A stretch of DNA of 64,000 bases, taken from contig OX597817.1 in the NCBI GenBank assembly GCA_951406725.2, positions 50,034,001 to 50,098,000 of the forward strand. The letters run 5' to 3'. The notes beneath the pieces were generated by a model that was not told where the DNA came from, ran no database searches, and saw only the letters and a program-made list of their open reading frames with translations. The stretch is from Octopus vulgaris (taxonomy: Eukaryota). Positions within the stretch are counted from its first letter, which is position 1; the number at the start of each line of letters is the position of its first letter. Position numbers and translations under genes: made by a program. Shown here piece after piece: positions 38,474 to 52,223 of the stretch.

Positions 38474-39035
38474 GTCATTATTCAGTTTATTTCAAGATTT
38501 CTTGCCAGTAAAGAACCGGTTTCTTACCTAGATCCAAGGTTCCTACATTGGAATTTCAACGTCAACGACAGGGTATTTTTGTATGTTTCTGTTTGTATCT
38601 ATGTATCTATGCATGTATGTATGTATGTATGTATGTATGTATGTATGTATGTATGTATGTATGTATGTATGTATGTATGCATGTTGGTATGTATGTATGC
38701 ATGCGCAGATTTGTATGTTTTATGTATGTATTCTCATGCATATAATTACATATATAGACATGCTCATATATATTTAAATGATGAACTTCTGGAAAATTTT
38801 AGATTTCTACAGTTCCAGTGATGGAGTGGATCTGTAGTCTTCGAATTTATTTTCTCCTTTCTGGTTTTCATAAGCCTAATTTCTCAAGATTCGTAATTAT
38901 GCAGCGTGCTACCTATCCCAGGACCCCAATAATCACAGGTATAAACCTGGACTTGTAATCTGGATAGAATAACTGCAGATTTCTCAATATTTCAGCATAG
39001 GTGTTCTCTTTTTCGCTGATCTTCAACTTTATATT
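38474..39035 (-). mobile_element. R4/Dong-like LINE 3' end associated with (TATG)n
   Basis: KISEKENTYAEILRNLQLFYPDYKSRFIPVIIGVLG; the 3' UTR has a second copy at 11155-11398; the minus-strand end runs into (CATA)n. Confidence 0.65.
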
Positions 39036-39342
39036 TAAAATCCGCTGTATGTATGTGTCCATGCATGCATACACACATACGCATGTGAATTCATGCAAAC
39101 ACACATGCACACACACACACACACATGCACACACACACACAGACACACACACACAATAATTAGATGCAAACACTCAGGGTAGAACTGTTGGCATTGATAA
39201 AATAAATTCTTATTATGAAGATATTTGTAAAAGTATAATAATATATTCACAACAAAACTATTTACATAATTAGAGACATACAAATTTATACGTACATGCA
39301 CACACATACACAGTCACCTGCACAAACACAGACGCGGAGATA

Positions 39343-40538
39343 CTAGTTTCAATCAAGATTTTAGTATTTCAAGCTTTAATTAATAGTTGAATCAAACTAC
39401 GTCTGAAAAGCGTTTATTCTCCAAGTTGCATCCCAACATTTTCTATTGAGTGTTGCACATCTTTGGGCAAGAAGCTCACTTCCAAGCTTTTATGATTTGG
39501 CTGCTTTAGAAGCAAAAAATCTTCTTGCACCCGTCCTCAGCTTCATACACATTGCTGAACCTCCCTCTGTACACGAAATGCACCATTTCTCAGAAAACGT
39601 CGTAATTTGATGGTGCAAGGTTTGGACTGTAGGCGGGGTGGGACAGCATTTGCTGCCCCTCAAGTTTAAGCTTGCGCTTTGTCAGATCAGCTGTGTGTGC
39701 TGGGGCATTGCCATGCTGTAGGAGTACACGTCTTGGATTTACCAATGCCGGGTAACGAGATTTTAAAGCATCGTATGCTCGTTGCAGTTGCTGAGCATGA
39801 AGGTTAGCGCTCACAGCATGGCCATCTGAGACAAGTGACCAAAGTGTAACACCCCTTCGAAACTCCACCAAACATACAACACGGCCTTTTGCTCAAACTG
39901 CTTTTGTTTGATATGGGGTTCTGAAGCTTGGCCTTACTGGGATTACGAAAATAGATTCATTTTTCATCCCGAATTATAATTCGACGCCAAAAACTGGCAC
40001 CTCGAGGATTAGCCAGCAGTAGCTTACAAATATTCCCGTCATTGATCAGTTCATAGGGAGCTTCTCGGCGGCGTCAATTCAAAAGGTCGAGCTTATGGAG
40101 ATATCAATTGATGGTGCTTTGTGAAGGGCCAAGTTTTGCCGATAATGTGCGAGAGCCTGTGCTTGCTGTTTTTCAACAATTTCAAGTAAATCCTCATCTC
40201 CCACGACAGAATACCTCACTGACCTTGGTTTGTCTTCGAGGTTGGTATCCTCTTCCTTGAAACGTCTGGACTAGTTTTATGCCGCACGTTCATTGACAGT
40301 TACTGGACCTTCCATATCATTAATTAATTTTGCTGCTGTATTTGCACTCAATCCTCATTTTCCCACTGGTTGTGTAAAGTGACTTCAGCTGCAATTTTTT
40401 TCACCACTCATTATCAAAGTTGTAAAATAAAGAATAAACAATTCAGTAACGATTGGATAACAAGTCGTATCAAATTAATGATACAAATTTCTATGAATCA
40501 TCAATAAAAATCTGAAAGCCTTTTGACTCAACCCGGTA
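39343..40538 (-). mobile_element. Mariner transposon, near full length, degenerate
   Basis: LLQHGNAPAH...HPAYSPNLAPSNYDVF; upstream remnants of TLEDKPRS and IIIRDEK*IYF; length ~1.2 kb. Confidence 0.8.
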
Positions 40539-40699
40539 CATACATTCATGGACTTAAAGATGGGTCGCAATTTAGCATATAATTTAGTTATTGCAGTTTA
40601 CTATTAATATAAATACAATTTACATTGGTTTAAATGTCTCTTGTTGTAGTTTTAGAAACGTTAGTGTTTAATCTTGCATATATATTGATTGATTGATTA

Positions 40700-41520
40700 A
40701 AATAATGTGGTTATTAAGCTTTACTTTTATATTACACTATGGAAAACGGTAGGGATTATAGTTTTCTATGACTTAATAGAATTGTCGCTGTTTAGTTACG
40801 TATTTAGGAGTGGTTGTAATTTACATATGGAATTTATTTATCGATACGGTTGTACATTGGGTAAATGTGTTTGAAAGTTGTGGATTCTTTGGTTTGTTTG
40901 TTCCTAAACAACAATTATTTTAGTGCTGTTGACACCGCCGGATTGAATGATACTGCCCAGGTGTCGAAACCATAATGAAATCCGTGGGGCGGCAGATGAA
41001 TTAACCATGCGCTGTAGAGTGGAAGTTGTTTAAACATTATTGTATAGAGATTTTATTTGTTTGGGTATTGGAACTACATTATTGTTTAGAATTCAGTAAA
41101 GTATGAGAGTAACTAAATAAACTGGTATGTCACATTCAAGTGTTCAAATTCGGGTCATGTCATTCTTTGGACAGAAAACCGGTGTTGTTTGTATTTTATG
41201 GTTTGCAATAGAATGTCTCAGATGAAGCAGCTGCTCCCCTAGCATATGTCTGAATGATGTTGTACTGGTGTTGGTGATATTAAATTTCTCATAAAACATT
41301 TTAACTGTGTGTTTTGGGAAGGTTTAGGTTGAACGGCTACATCTCTATAAAGTTTATTGAAGTTTTCTAGTCAGTTTCTAGCGTGGTTAGTAGGGTTTTT
41401 ATTACATTGTTGTAGACAAATACATACACGTAACTGTATGTCATTATCCACAGAACCAGATGAATTTACACGGATATTTTTCAGAGGTATATTGGAATTA
41501 ATGGTGATATTCATATTCTT
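40700..41520 (-). mobile_element. Possible highly decayed Penelope-like fragment
   Basis: Weak resemblance to the Penelope linker region (FPKTH...); no intact catalytic motif seen. Confidence 0.3.
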
Positions 41521-42536
41521 TTCTCTTTTCTTTTAAACATTCCAGTCATAAGACTGCGGCCTTTTTGGGGCACCGCCCTGTATATTTTTTAATGCCTGAT
41601 ATATATATATATATTCTTTTTGTTTTTGTTTATTCTTTCATTGCTTTCAGCCGTTTGATTGCGGCCATGTTAGAGCACGCCGTTAATCGAACAAATCGAT
41701 CCCAGAAGTTATTCTTTGTAAGCCTAGTACTTATTCTATCGCACTCTTTTGCCGAACTGCTAAATTACGGTGACGTAAATACACCAAAATCGGTTTGCAG
41801 GTGATGGTGGGGGACAAACACAGAAACACAAACATACATATATATGTATATATATATATATATATATAAGGTTCAACATTATATATAAATGTACCGTTAC
41901 TAAAACTGCTAACTCACATAGTAAGATATATATAGGGAGCCCCATTAGTTGTAAACAGATTTTTAGCCCATATGCATTCATTTAAACAAAATATCACGAA
42001 TAACACTACGTCATCGGCTATATATGTACGTAAACTGAGACAAAAAAGATGTTACCTATAAATCATCCTGACTCAGCGGCACCATATACACATAAATCTT
42101 CTGTTTGTGTTTAAAAGAATCGCTATACATACTATATAAACAAAATGATTTAATTAATTGCCAATCGGGGGCATTACTCATATGTAGACATCGGTTTTAT
42201 AAAACTTTAAAACTCTATAAGAGATCATTAAGACAAGATTCACATTAATATTTTGTATTTCATAATGTAGTATCATAATAAATTATTAAGATTATTATAA
42301 GTAAAAAAAATAATAACATAAAATTAAATTGTTTTTCATCATACACATATTCACAATGGTAAAAATTGTTTATGAATATATATCATTCATTAAATAAATA
42401 CCTAGAATTTACCAATTAGAAATGTGAACCTATAATATGTAATTAATTGGCTTTATATATAATACTTTAAATATAATGCATTAATTTACTCTATACTAAA
42501 TCAATAAACAACTATATTTACACTTGCATAAAATAT

Positions 42537-42897
42537 CGTGGTACTCCGTCGGTTACGACGACGAGGGTTCCAGTTGATAGAGGGTTCCGATCAATGGAAC
42601 AGCCTGCTCGTGAAATTAACGTGCAAGTGGCTGAGCACTCCATAGACACCTGCACCCTTAACGTAGTTCTCAGGGAGATTCAGCGTGACAGAGAGTGTGA
42701 CAAAGCTGGAAGAAAGAGTGAGATAAAGTTGTGGTGAAAGAGTACAGCAGGGTTCGCCACCACTTTCTGCCGGAGCCTCAGGAAGCTTTAGGTGTTTTCG
42801 CTTAATAAACACTCACAACGTCTGGTCTAGAAATCGAAACCGCGATCCCACGACCGCGCCTCCGCTGCCTTAACCACTGGGCCATTGTGCCTCCGCA
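42537..42897 (-). mobile_element. SINE family C, full length
   Basis: Minus-strand head ggaggcacaatggcccagtggttaagg...gcggtttcgatttc and the family body. Confidence 0.8.
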
Positions 42898-43029
42898 TAA
42901 AACATAATAATGATATGGTTCTATAAATATAAATACAAGAATTAATCACTTTTATTTTCTTACATTTATTTATGGATTACAAAGAAGTAAATACATATCA
43001 AAGAAGTAAATACAAAGTTGTACTTTTAT

Positions 43030-44525
43030 TTGTCAAAAACACTTGTTCGAAGTGAGTAGCACAGTTAAAAAAAAAGAAACAGAAAAATGAAATTCGAAAG
43101 CATTAGCTCTTTGGAGCATTCTGAAGGTGAAATTGTGTCTCCCCCAAAAATGTTAAGCCCTGTGAAGGAGCAAGGAAAAGTTGTGGCTCCTATCAAGGAG
43201 GATATGTCTGGAGAAAAAATTATATCTTCCCCCACAAAAAAGATCTATAAAAGAAAGTGTCTACTGTGAAGGAGAATGTAAAAACATGGGGAAAAAATTG
43301 TCTTGTTAAGGGGGATGAAAAAAGGCAATTGGGTCTCCTGTGAATATGGAACCCCAAAAAGTTGTGTTTCCCTCTAAGGAGACTGGGAAAACGAATTTTG
43401 CGGCGGCTGCAGGAGTAGCCAGAAAAGATTTAATAATAGATACTAAGGAACTGGAAAAATTCAAAGGTATGTTAAAGCGGGAGGGCAGGAACTAACAATA
43501 TTCCCTCTCAGCGAAATAATTGAAAAAGCCTCAAAATGCACAGTCATTTATAAAGGCTGTTGTATTAAAATCGAAAAGACTGGATACAGCGAGTGGGGGG
43601 TGGGCAGTGGAAATTTGTTTGCATCCTGTGTGAAAAGACTTGATGTTCCTCATAAGGGGAAAGAGCTTCGCTACGGTGGAGGTGAGATTCTGGTCCGAAG
43701 AAAAAGCCTAGCAGCACTCCTACACCAATAACAACAACAACATCCTGGTAGAGGCAAAGTGTGACGATACCTTAGGAGACGCCCTGAGTCACGATGATGG
43801 TCAACTAGCTGGCCTGTTCCGACGTAAATTCCAGACAGGGTCCTTGGATAATTTCCAAAAGTCCCTGGGTAGGCAGTGTTACAGAGGAGCCGTACCTGTT
43901 CGTGATAACTCTCAATACATTGTGCAAAATGTGAGTAGGAGGGAGAAACTTCCTGCATGCTATTGTACAATGTCCGAAAATCTCGGAATTGTGAGTTTAT
44001 GTCAAACAGTTGCTGTACCGTATGGGAAGAGTATAGCTGTCGTTCGAATCAATCATTAAGATTACGTTGCCGTCTTCCTTGTTAAAGGTTTGCTTTCTCG
44101 TTGCAAATGTTATGGCGAAAGAAGCAGTATGGAAGTCTCGAATGAAAGGAGTTGTGACAGGCATCTTCTTCTCCAGCCAATGTTTAGTAACCTTCTTTAT
44201 TTTACATCTCAAAAGGAAAATACGGCTGGAGATTAGATGTCTGTCGTCTGCGTTATATAGCAAAAGATGGAAGAAAGTGGTACAAATGCTGGGTATAAAT
44301 GACCAGACGTAGGTGTAAACAATGAAGAAAAATTAAAAGGTCTCAGTGGTGGAACGGGGCTTGCAGGGTCGGAACCAAACCCGTCCCCCACTTCATTGTA
44401 TTGTCTTTACTTAAATCATACGCTATATTTTCAGAAATTATTAATTTGTCTATTTCTTTGAAAAATTCATCCGTTTTTATCGACCCGTGTTTTGTATTGT
44501 CCCCTCTGTGCAATAAAGAATCATA
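43030..44525 (+). mobile_element. Internally deleted Tx1/L1-like LINE (ORF1 start plus ORF2 C-terminus)
   Basis: FAAAAGVARKDLIIDTKELEK resembles YAGAAG...VVVEKEILKK of the 5821-7138 ORF1. ORF2-like FQKSLGRQCYRGAVPVRD, LHAIVQCPKI and AKEAVWKSR. 3' end carries AATAAA. Confidence 0.65.
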
Positions 44526-44580
44526 TTTTCTTACATTTATGGATCACACACTGAAGAGGAAATGAATCATGGGAATTTTA

Positions 44581-44810
44581 TCTACACACAGCCATTACGG
44601 ATTGTTACCACGGATTTTTACCATGGATTTATTTTTAGCTCAAATTTATACCAACACAAATTTATAGCAATAACTTTTTAAACAACACCTTTTTCATCCG
44701 ATTTTAAATACCGTTTCCATCATTCGATTTATTACACTAATATTTTGCTTTTTTCTTCCAATAAATAAGGAACGATTTCATTCCCAGGCAAAGCCGGGTG
44801 TCTCTACTAG
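44581..44810 (+). mobile_element. Short non-autonomous Helitron
   Basis: A|TC start; subterminal imperfect hairpin cccaggcaaagccggg followed by CTAG|T at 44807-44811. Confidence 0.6.
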
Positions 44811-45112
44811 TAAGGACCAATTACTGCAACAGCCTGGGTTTCAAGGGCCCACAGCTTTTTAATATTCTCCCAAAGAGTATGAAGAACTTGCACAAAGTAG
44901 ATGTAGGGGGTTTTAAATCAAAGCTGGATCTCTTCCTGTCGAACCCAGATGAACCTACCTCACGGCAAGAGGTACAAATGAGGGTAGCTATATCAAACTC
45001 CATGCTTCACCAAGTGCCACATATTAGAGGAGGCTCTTAGTAATAACAGTGTAGCAAAACGGCGGTGCATCAGCATAGCCACAGCTCTGAGCTGAAACTA
45101 GAGAAAAAAAAG
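44811..45112 (+). mobile_element. CR1/L2-group LINE 3' end whose tail resembles SINE family A
   Basis: SLGFKGPQLFNILPK...FKSKLDLFLS.PDEP; 3' UTR ggcggtgcatcagcatagccacag...ctgaaac then an A-rich tail. Confidence 0.7.
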
Positions 45113-45909
45113 TAAATAAATAAAGTTAATTGCCACATCCAAGTGGCTGTTGCAAATTACTACTATTACTACAGACAGAAATCCACCAGCTGGTTATAGT
45201 TGCAGCGCTAACAGAGGGAGTGAAATCCTACCATCCTCTAATAGACAACAGCATCGTGAGACTGACTCACTTTCGAGCTGGTTAGCGTATCCTCAGTCGC
45301 GAGCACCTGGCATCCGGAGCAATAGCCAGGGTCTGCTCCAGCCAGCAATATACTGTAAACAAAGCGACCGTCGATCCCTGATTTACGACAAGCAAATGAG
45401 TTGTAAAATCTCAAACAGAGATCAGAGTAGTAACCATAATAACAAGTAAAGTCAGTCACCACATCAAAGTGATTGTTCTGTGTTACTACTAGTTTAACCT
45501 CAAGTAGATCTTCTGCCAGCTGGTTTTCGGTTAAACTAGTAGTAACATGGAAAAGCCACTTTCATGTGGCGATTAACTTTACTTGTTAGTATAGTTGGCC
45601 TGTCTGCATGTTGTACCTCCAGGGGGCAATTTGCCAGCACTAATGGAGATACAACACCACGCACACAGCTCGAGATGGTTGCTGAGAGTCACGCACTTCA
45701 CCTGTTTTGTGAAACTTGTAAATAAACCAGTTGTAAATTGCACTTGTACTTAAAGACTTCTTTCTTCGTCTGCCGGAGCCAAAACTACACGAAGAACAAG
45801 ATATAATAGGAGAAGGCGATATTCTCCCGATATCGTAAACCTTGCCTTCCATTATAGGATTTTACAACCACCGATTTTGCTTATAAGTAAATACATTTTC
45901 CCAATATAT

Positions 45910-46506
45910 TTTTTATTACCCACAAGGGGCTAAACATAGAGGGGACAAACATGGACAGACAAACGGATTAAGTCGATTACATCGACCCCAGTGCAAAACT
46001 GGTACTTTATGTATCGACCCCGAAAGGATGAAAGGTAAAGTCGACCTCGGCGGAATTTGAACTCAGAACGTAACGATAGACGAAATGCTTATTTCTTTAC
46101 TACCCACAAGGGGCTAAACACAGAGAGAAGAAACAAGGACAGACAAACGGATTAAGTCGATTATATCGACCCCAATGCGTAACTAGTACTTATTTAATCG
46201 ACCCCGAAAGGATGAAATGCAAAGTCGACCTCGGCTGAATTTGAACTCAGGACGTAACGGCAGACGAAATACCTATTTCTATTTCTTTATTACCCACAAG
46301 GGGCTAAACACAGAGAAGACAAACAAGGACAGACAAACTGATTAAGTCGATTATATCGACTCCAATGCATAACTGGTACTTAATTTATCGACCCCGAAAG
46401 GATGAAAGGCAAAATCGACCTCGGCGGAATTTGAACTCAGAACGTAACGGCAGACGAAATACCACTGAGCATTTCGCCCGGCGTGCTAACGTTTCTGCCA
46501 GCTCGC
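45910..46506 (-). mobile_element. SINE family B, three head-to-tail units
   Basis: tacccacaaggggctaaaca recurs at ~45916, 46101 and 46292. Confidence 0.9.
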
Positions 46507-47103
46507 AACATTTTCCCAATATAATAGGTTAGCTTAAGGTGGCGAACCGGCAGAAGTATTAACATGCTAGGCAAAGCGTTAAGTTAACCTATACGTAGCC
46601 GTGTTTCAAAATTTCAAATCAGTATTTCCCACGTTTAAGACATTCTGAGTTTAAATTACGCCGAGATGGACTTTGCCTTTCATAATTTCGAGGCCGATGA
46701 AATGATTATCAGTCAATCTCTAGGGTTCGCGTTATTGACTCGCCCACTCTTGTAAATGTTTTGGCCTTGTACGTAATGTAGAAGGGAATAAATAGGCTGG
46801 TGAATAATCGTTATCAATTATCACCCAATTATTCTCTTATCGGAACATTCGATAAGAGAGAGGGAACCTTATCTCGATAAAGTTGATGAAAGGACTGGCT
46901 GGAAGGTCGAGAATAAACAGCGTTTATAAGCAGCAGTGGATTAATCAGTTTCCTTCAAGTTTGAGAGAGAGAGAGGCATACAAAGTAGCTCTTCATTTCA
47001 TTTAACTGAAATTGTTAAGGTATGTTATTCAAAACATTTGACACATGTTTATAAAATGATGAAACGTTTCTAATACAAACATGAGAATATATATATGTAT
47101 ATA

Positions 47104-47151
<48 letters not shown>

Positions 47152-47167
47152 CGTATGTATGTATGTA

Positions 47168-47211
<44 letters not shown>

Positions 47212-47281
47212 TTAAAAAAAATAAATAGGGATAGCTTTTCTGATAATTCATTCTCTTTAATAATTAGTTGTTTATAAATTA

Positions 47282-47677
47282 CTAGCATTATCGCCCGGCG
47301 TTGCTCGGGTTTGTAAGGGAAATAACTATATAAGCATTTTTAGAGAGTTATAGCCAAAAAATAGCAAAAAAATGCATTAAAAATGGGGAAAAAATTAAGG
47401 TAAATTTTTTTTTAAATCGTTGACTCATCGTAGACATTTTTAGAGAGTTACTTCCCTTATATAATAGCGAAAAATGCATTATAATGGAAAAAGATGATGG
47501 TAAATTTTTTTTTAAATCGTAGACTCATCGTAGACGCGCGCTAATACCCAGAAGGGCTCGATATGAATCACGACTATAAGATACCCGCTTTGGTTAAACT
47601 GCACCGCAAAATGTGGGAGTAGTTAGGAATCTAAATCGTAGGAGACAGACACACAACTTCTCTTTTATATATAAAGA
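47282..47677 (-). mobile_element. Non-autonomous Helitron
   Basis: Minus strand: A|TCtttatatataaaag...cccgagcaacgccggg hairpin...CTAG|T. No TSD; internal ~100-bp tandem duplication (47337-47535). Confidence 0.85.
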
Positions 47678-47784
47678 TTAGCGCACTCGGAAAAATTATC
47701 AGAAAAGCCATTTCCATTCATTTTATTTTTTCAAATAAATAATAATATATCAAAGACTTTCTACTTATTATTCTACTCCACTAT

Positions 47785-48458
<674 letters not shown>

Positions 48459-48460
48459 TT

Positions 48461-50277
48461 TGTCTTGTTCCTTGGTTTGTGTCTATGTTTTTCGTCTCTA
48501 TATGTGTCTGACGTCCTTTTGGTGTCCTGTACACATATATGCGTGTATATGTACATGTAGAGGTAGGTACGTACATATATGTTTATATATATGCATATAT
48601 TTTATTAACATATTATACGACTAAACGCACGCACCCTATTAAGTAAGATTGTTCTGTTTATCAAGTTCGCCTTGATATTAACTCTCACGCGACTCTGCAT
48701 CTTTCTTTCTTTCTCTCCCATTCCCTTTCTCGTCTTTTTTCCCTCACTTAACTTGTCTCTTCCTCTCTCTCTCCCCCTACTGTTCTTCATGGTCTCCTCG
48801 CACCATTCCCCTTCTTCTCTCTCTTCCTCTTGCTCCTTCTCCCCCATTCCCGTCGTCCATCTGCGACGAACTTCCGTCGTAACTGCTATCCCGTCTTTTC
48901 TCACCTGCCTTCTAAGGCCACTGGTCGACATCTTCCTCTCTCGTCGTCCACTATAATCCAGCGTTTGCAATACTTTTTTCGTCTGGCGTTAACAGCCCTT
49001 CTTATCTTGTTCTCCTTGTCCTGTCTCTCACTGTTATATATTTATTTTTCCACTGTTTATATATATATTTTTTACTGTTTATATGTTTGTACTGTCGTTA
49101 CCGTCTTGCTTTTTTTACCCCTCTGCGACAAGATCTCAGAATTTTAATTGATTTGCTTTTCGCAGGAAGGAATTTTTCATTCGAAGTATACGTCTCGCTT
49201 TTATCCTTTGAAACGTTTAGTAGATGAAACTTTAGCGACTGAAGAAGGGGATTTTTCGTTGTGCTTATTGTCCTGTATCTCCTTTTTTTGCTTGTCTTGT
49301 TCCTTGGTTTGTGTCTATGTTTTTCGTCTCTCTATGTGTTCGACGTCCTTTTGGTGTCCTGTACACATATATGCGTGTATATGTACATGTAGAGGTAGGT
49401 ACGTACATATATGTTTATATATATGCATATATTTTATTAACATATTATACGACTAAACGCACGCACCCTATTAAGTAAGATTGTTCTGTTTATCAAGTTC
49501 GCCTTGATATTAACTCTCACGCGACTCTGCATCTTTCTTTCTTTCTCTCCCATTCCCTTTCTCGTCTTTTTTTCCCTCACTTAACTTGTCTCTTCCTCTC
49601 TCTCTCCCCCTACTGTTCTTCATGGTCTCCTCGCACCATTCCCCTTCTTCTCTCTCTTCCTCTTGCTCCTTCTCCCCCATTCCCGTCGTCCATCTGCGAC
49701 GAACTTCCGTCGTAACTGCTATCCCGTCTTTTCTCACCTGCCTTCTAAGGCCACTGGTCGACATCTTCCTCTCTCGTCGTCCACTATAATCCAGCGTTTG
49801 CAATACTTTTTTCGTCTGGCGTTAACAGCCCTTCTTATCTTGTTCTCCTTGTCCTGTCTCTCACTGTTATATATTTATTTTTCCACTGTTTATATATATA
49901 TTTTTTACTGTTTATATGTTTGTACTGTCGTTACCGTCTTGCTTTTTTTACCCCTCTGCGACAAGATCTCAGAATTTTAATTGATTTGCTTTTCGCAGGA
50001 AGGAATTTTTCATTCGAAGTATACGTCTCGCTTTTATCCTTTGAAACGTTTAGTAGATGAAACTTTAGCGACTGAAGAAGGGGATTTTTCGTTGTGCTTA
50101 TTGTCCTGTATCTCCTTTTTTTGCTTGTCTTGTTCCTTGGTTTGTGTCTATGTTTTTCGTCTCTCTATGTGTTCGACGTCCTTTTGGTGTCCTGTACACA
50201 TATATGCGTGTATATGTACATGTAGAGGTAGGTACGTACATATATGTTTATATATATGCATATATTTTATTAACATA
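48461..50277 (+). mobile_element. Near-identical 832/833-bp tandem repeat (~2.2 units) inside (TA)n, probably a non-autonomous Penelope-type element
   Basis: Unit starts tgtcttgttccttgg at 48461, 49293 and 50126. Pyrimidine-rich body; gaaa...ctgaaga motif at ~49203-49252 and ~50036-50085. Confidence 0.7.
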
Positions 50278-50280
50278 TAC

Positions 50281-50313
<33 letters not shown>

Positions 50314-50314
50314 C

Positions 50315-50437
<123 letters not shown>

Positions 50438-50610
50438 TGCACATACATACATACACATATATACAAGTATATTGATTTATGTAGCCTTATATGCAGGTGT
50501 ATCCGTACATATTTATGTATGTGTATTGTATACATCTTAAAAATTTATAATTTTGTGCCATAGCAAACAACTTAAAGATGGCTTGAATGTAAGTACTATA
50601 CATACAATTA

Positions 50611-51168
50611 TGATGGCTGCCCCCTCGTTATCGAGTATGGCCATTGCACGAAGCTTAATCAATGTTGTTCTCGTGCAATGCCTGCACAAGAAGATATTTT
50701 TTAAAGTGAGGAAAGGCTGTGCACTGAGTCAATCCCACTCACTAAGCAACAGCAGCCATAATCCGAAAAGAAGAACAAATCAACATCATCGGTAACCGCT
50801 TAGCTGCAGGTCTTATGTCGGAGTTATCCCAGTTACCTGAGTTACCTTCTCCTAGAAGGATGCCCTAACAAAGGCTAGGAGTCCTTCACTCCTAATGGTT
50901 TAACCGCGCGATCCGGTATTCAGTCCGATTATTTCTATGTCCCCGCCTTTCTATGATACAGCCTTAAGACATTTATTGGATGGCCGTTGACTCTCAAGAG
51001 TTCCTCCACCCTTTGACGGGTTTTGATTTTCATCCCGCAGGGTGTTCAATAAACACCCTCCTCACCAAGCAAGCTTGGTGGAGTTGCCGGTTTAGTCGCC
51101 GATGACCCGACTATGCGACAGGTTGTACTGGGTTACATGTTACCAGTAGCACTCGAAAGTGACCTGAC
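50611..51168 (-). mobile_element. Non-autonomous RTE-related element
   Basis: Minus strand contains tagcctttgttagggcatccttctaggagaagg, resembling RTE 5' UTR motifs as I recall them; 3' end ...gcagccatcat is similar to the RTE end at ~58800. Confidence 0.5.
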
Positions 51169-51199
51169 ATATACAATTATACATGCATACATACATACA

Positions 51200-51270
<71 letters not shown>

Positions 51271-51626
51271 ACAAAATAGAATGAAAATCTACAGAAGACT
51301 TGTATTATAGGCTTAAAGAATATATTAAATCGTCATGTTAGAAAAATGTTACAGAATTTTGTGTATAGTAACATTGTTTTTGGAGAAATAACCAGTTTCG
51401 TATTCTCTTTTCAAATTTCACAAATTTCTTTACCGATATTGTGTCATCTCTTCGCTGGTTTTTTTCATTCTATTTTGTTTTTATACATCCAACCACGTGC
51501 TTTTAGAAGCCAACTCTCTCACTCATATATATATATATAATTCCTCTATTTACATAATATCGAGGTCTCTTTCTTTCTTTGTTGTTTTACCGTTTTTATC
51601 AATATACATATGTATGTATATGTATG

Positions 51627-51675
<49 letters not shown>

Positions 51676-51839
51676 GTTGTATACCGTCAACGTAACGTGA
51701 CAGTCCCGTATGGGAATTACACCACCGCTGTTTAGCCCTAGGAAGCATCGAACGCTTCCTGTCGGCTTTGACACATTTTTTCCCTGTGTCCTTATGTTTG
51801 TGAAGAGGAGGTAAGCACCCCCACCAGCCAAGATTCACA

Positions 51840-51886
51840 CCTCAGGACATGCATGTTTCTGGGTCTTAACCCGTCATCAGCCCAGG
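51840..51886 (-). ncRNA. Type I hammerhead ribozyme (copy B1)
   Basis: Minus strand: CCUGGG-CUGAUGA-C-GGGU-UAAG-ACCC-A-GAAA-CAUGCAUG-UC^CUGAGG. Canonical core, palindromic stem III. Confidence 0.8.
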
Positions 51887-52176
51887 ATAGGGAGATCTGC
51901 TGATTGAGGAGCCTGTCCAGCCTTCACAAACATATATATTTACAGAGAAATGTAAATATATATGTTTGTGAAGGCTGGACAGGCTCCTCAACCATGCGGG
52001 ACTGTCACGTTAAGTTGACGGTATACAATCACTCTATCGTTCTACCACCGCTCATGTCTCTTTCAGACATCTAGAAATTTAATATTTCTGATTACGGTGA
52101 TCAGTGAATAGATTTCACTGTAAATATATATGTTTGTGAAGGCTGGACAGGCTCCTCAATCAGCAGATCTCCCTAT

Positions 52177-52223
52177 CCTGGGCTGATGACAGGTTAAGAC
52201 CCAGAAACATGCACGTCCTCCGG
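52177..52223 (+). ncRNA. Type I hammerhead ribozyme (copy B2, slightly degenerate)
   Basis: CCUGGG-CUGAUGA-CAGGUUAAGACCCA-GAAA-CAUGCACG-UC^CUCCGG. Confidence 0.7.

Noticed and set aside
45148-45808. Possible solo LTR (TGTTG start, internal AATAAA)
   Set aside because: No CA end or TSD; the TG lies inside a repeated motif.
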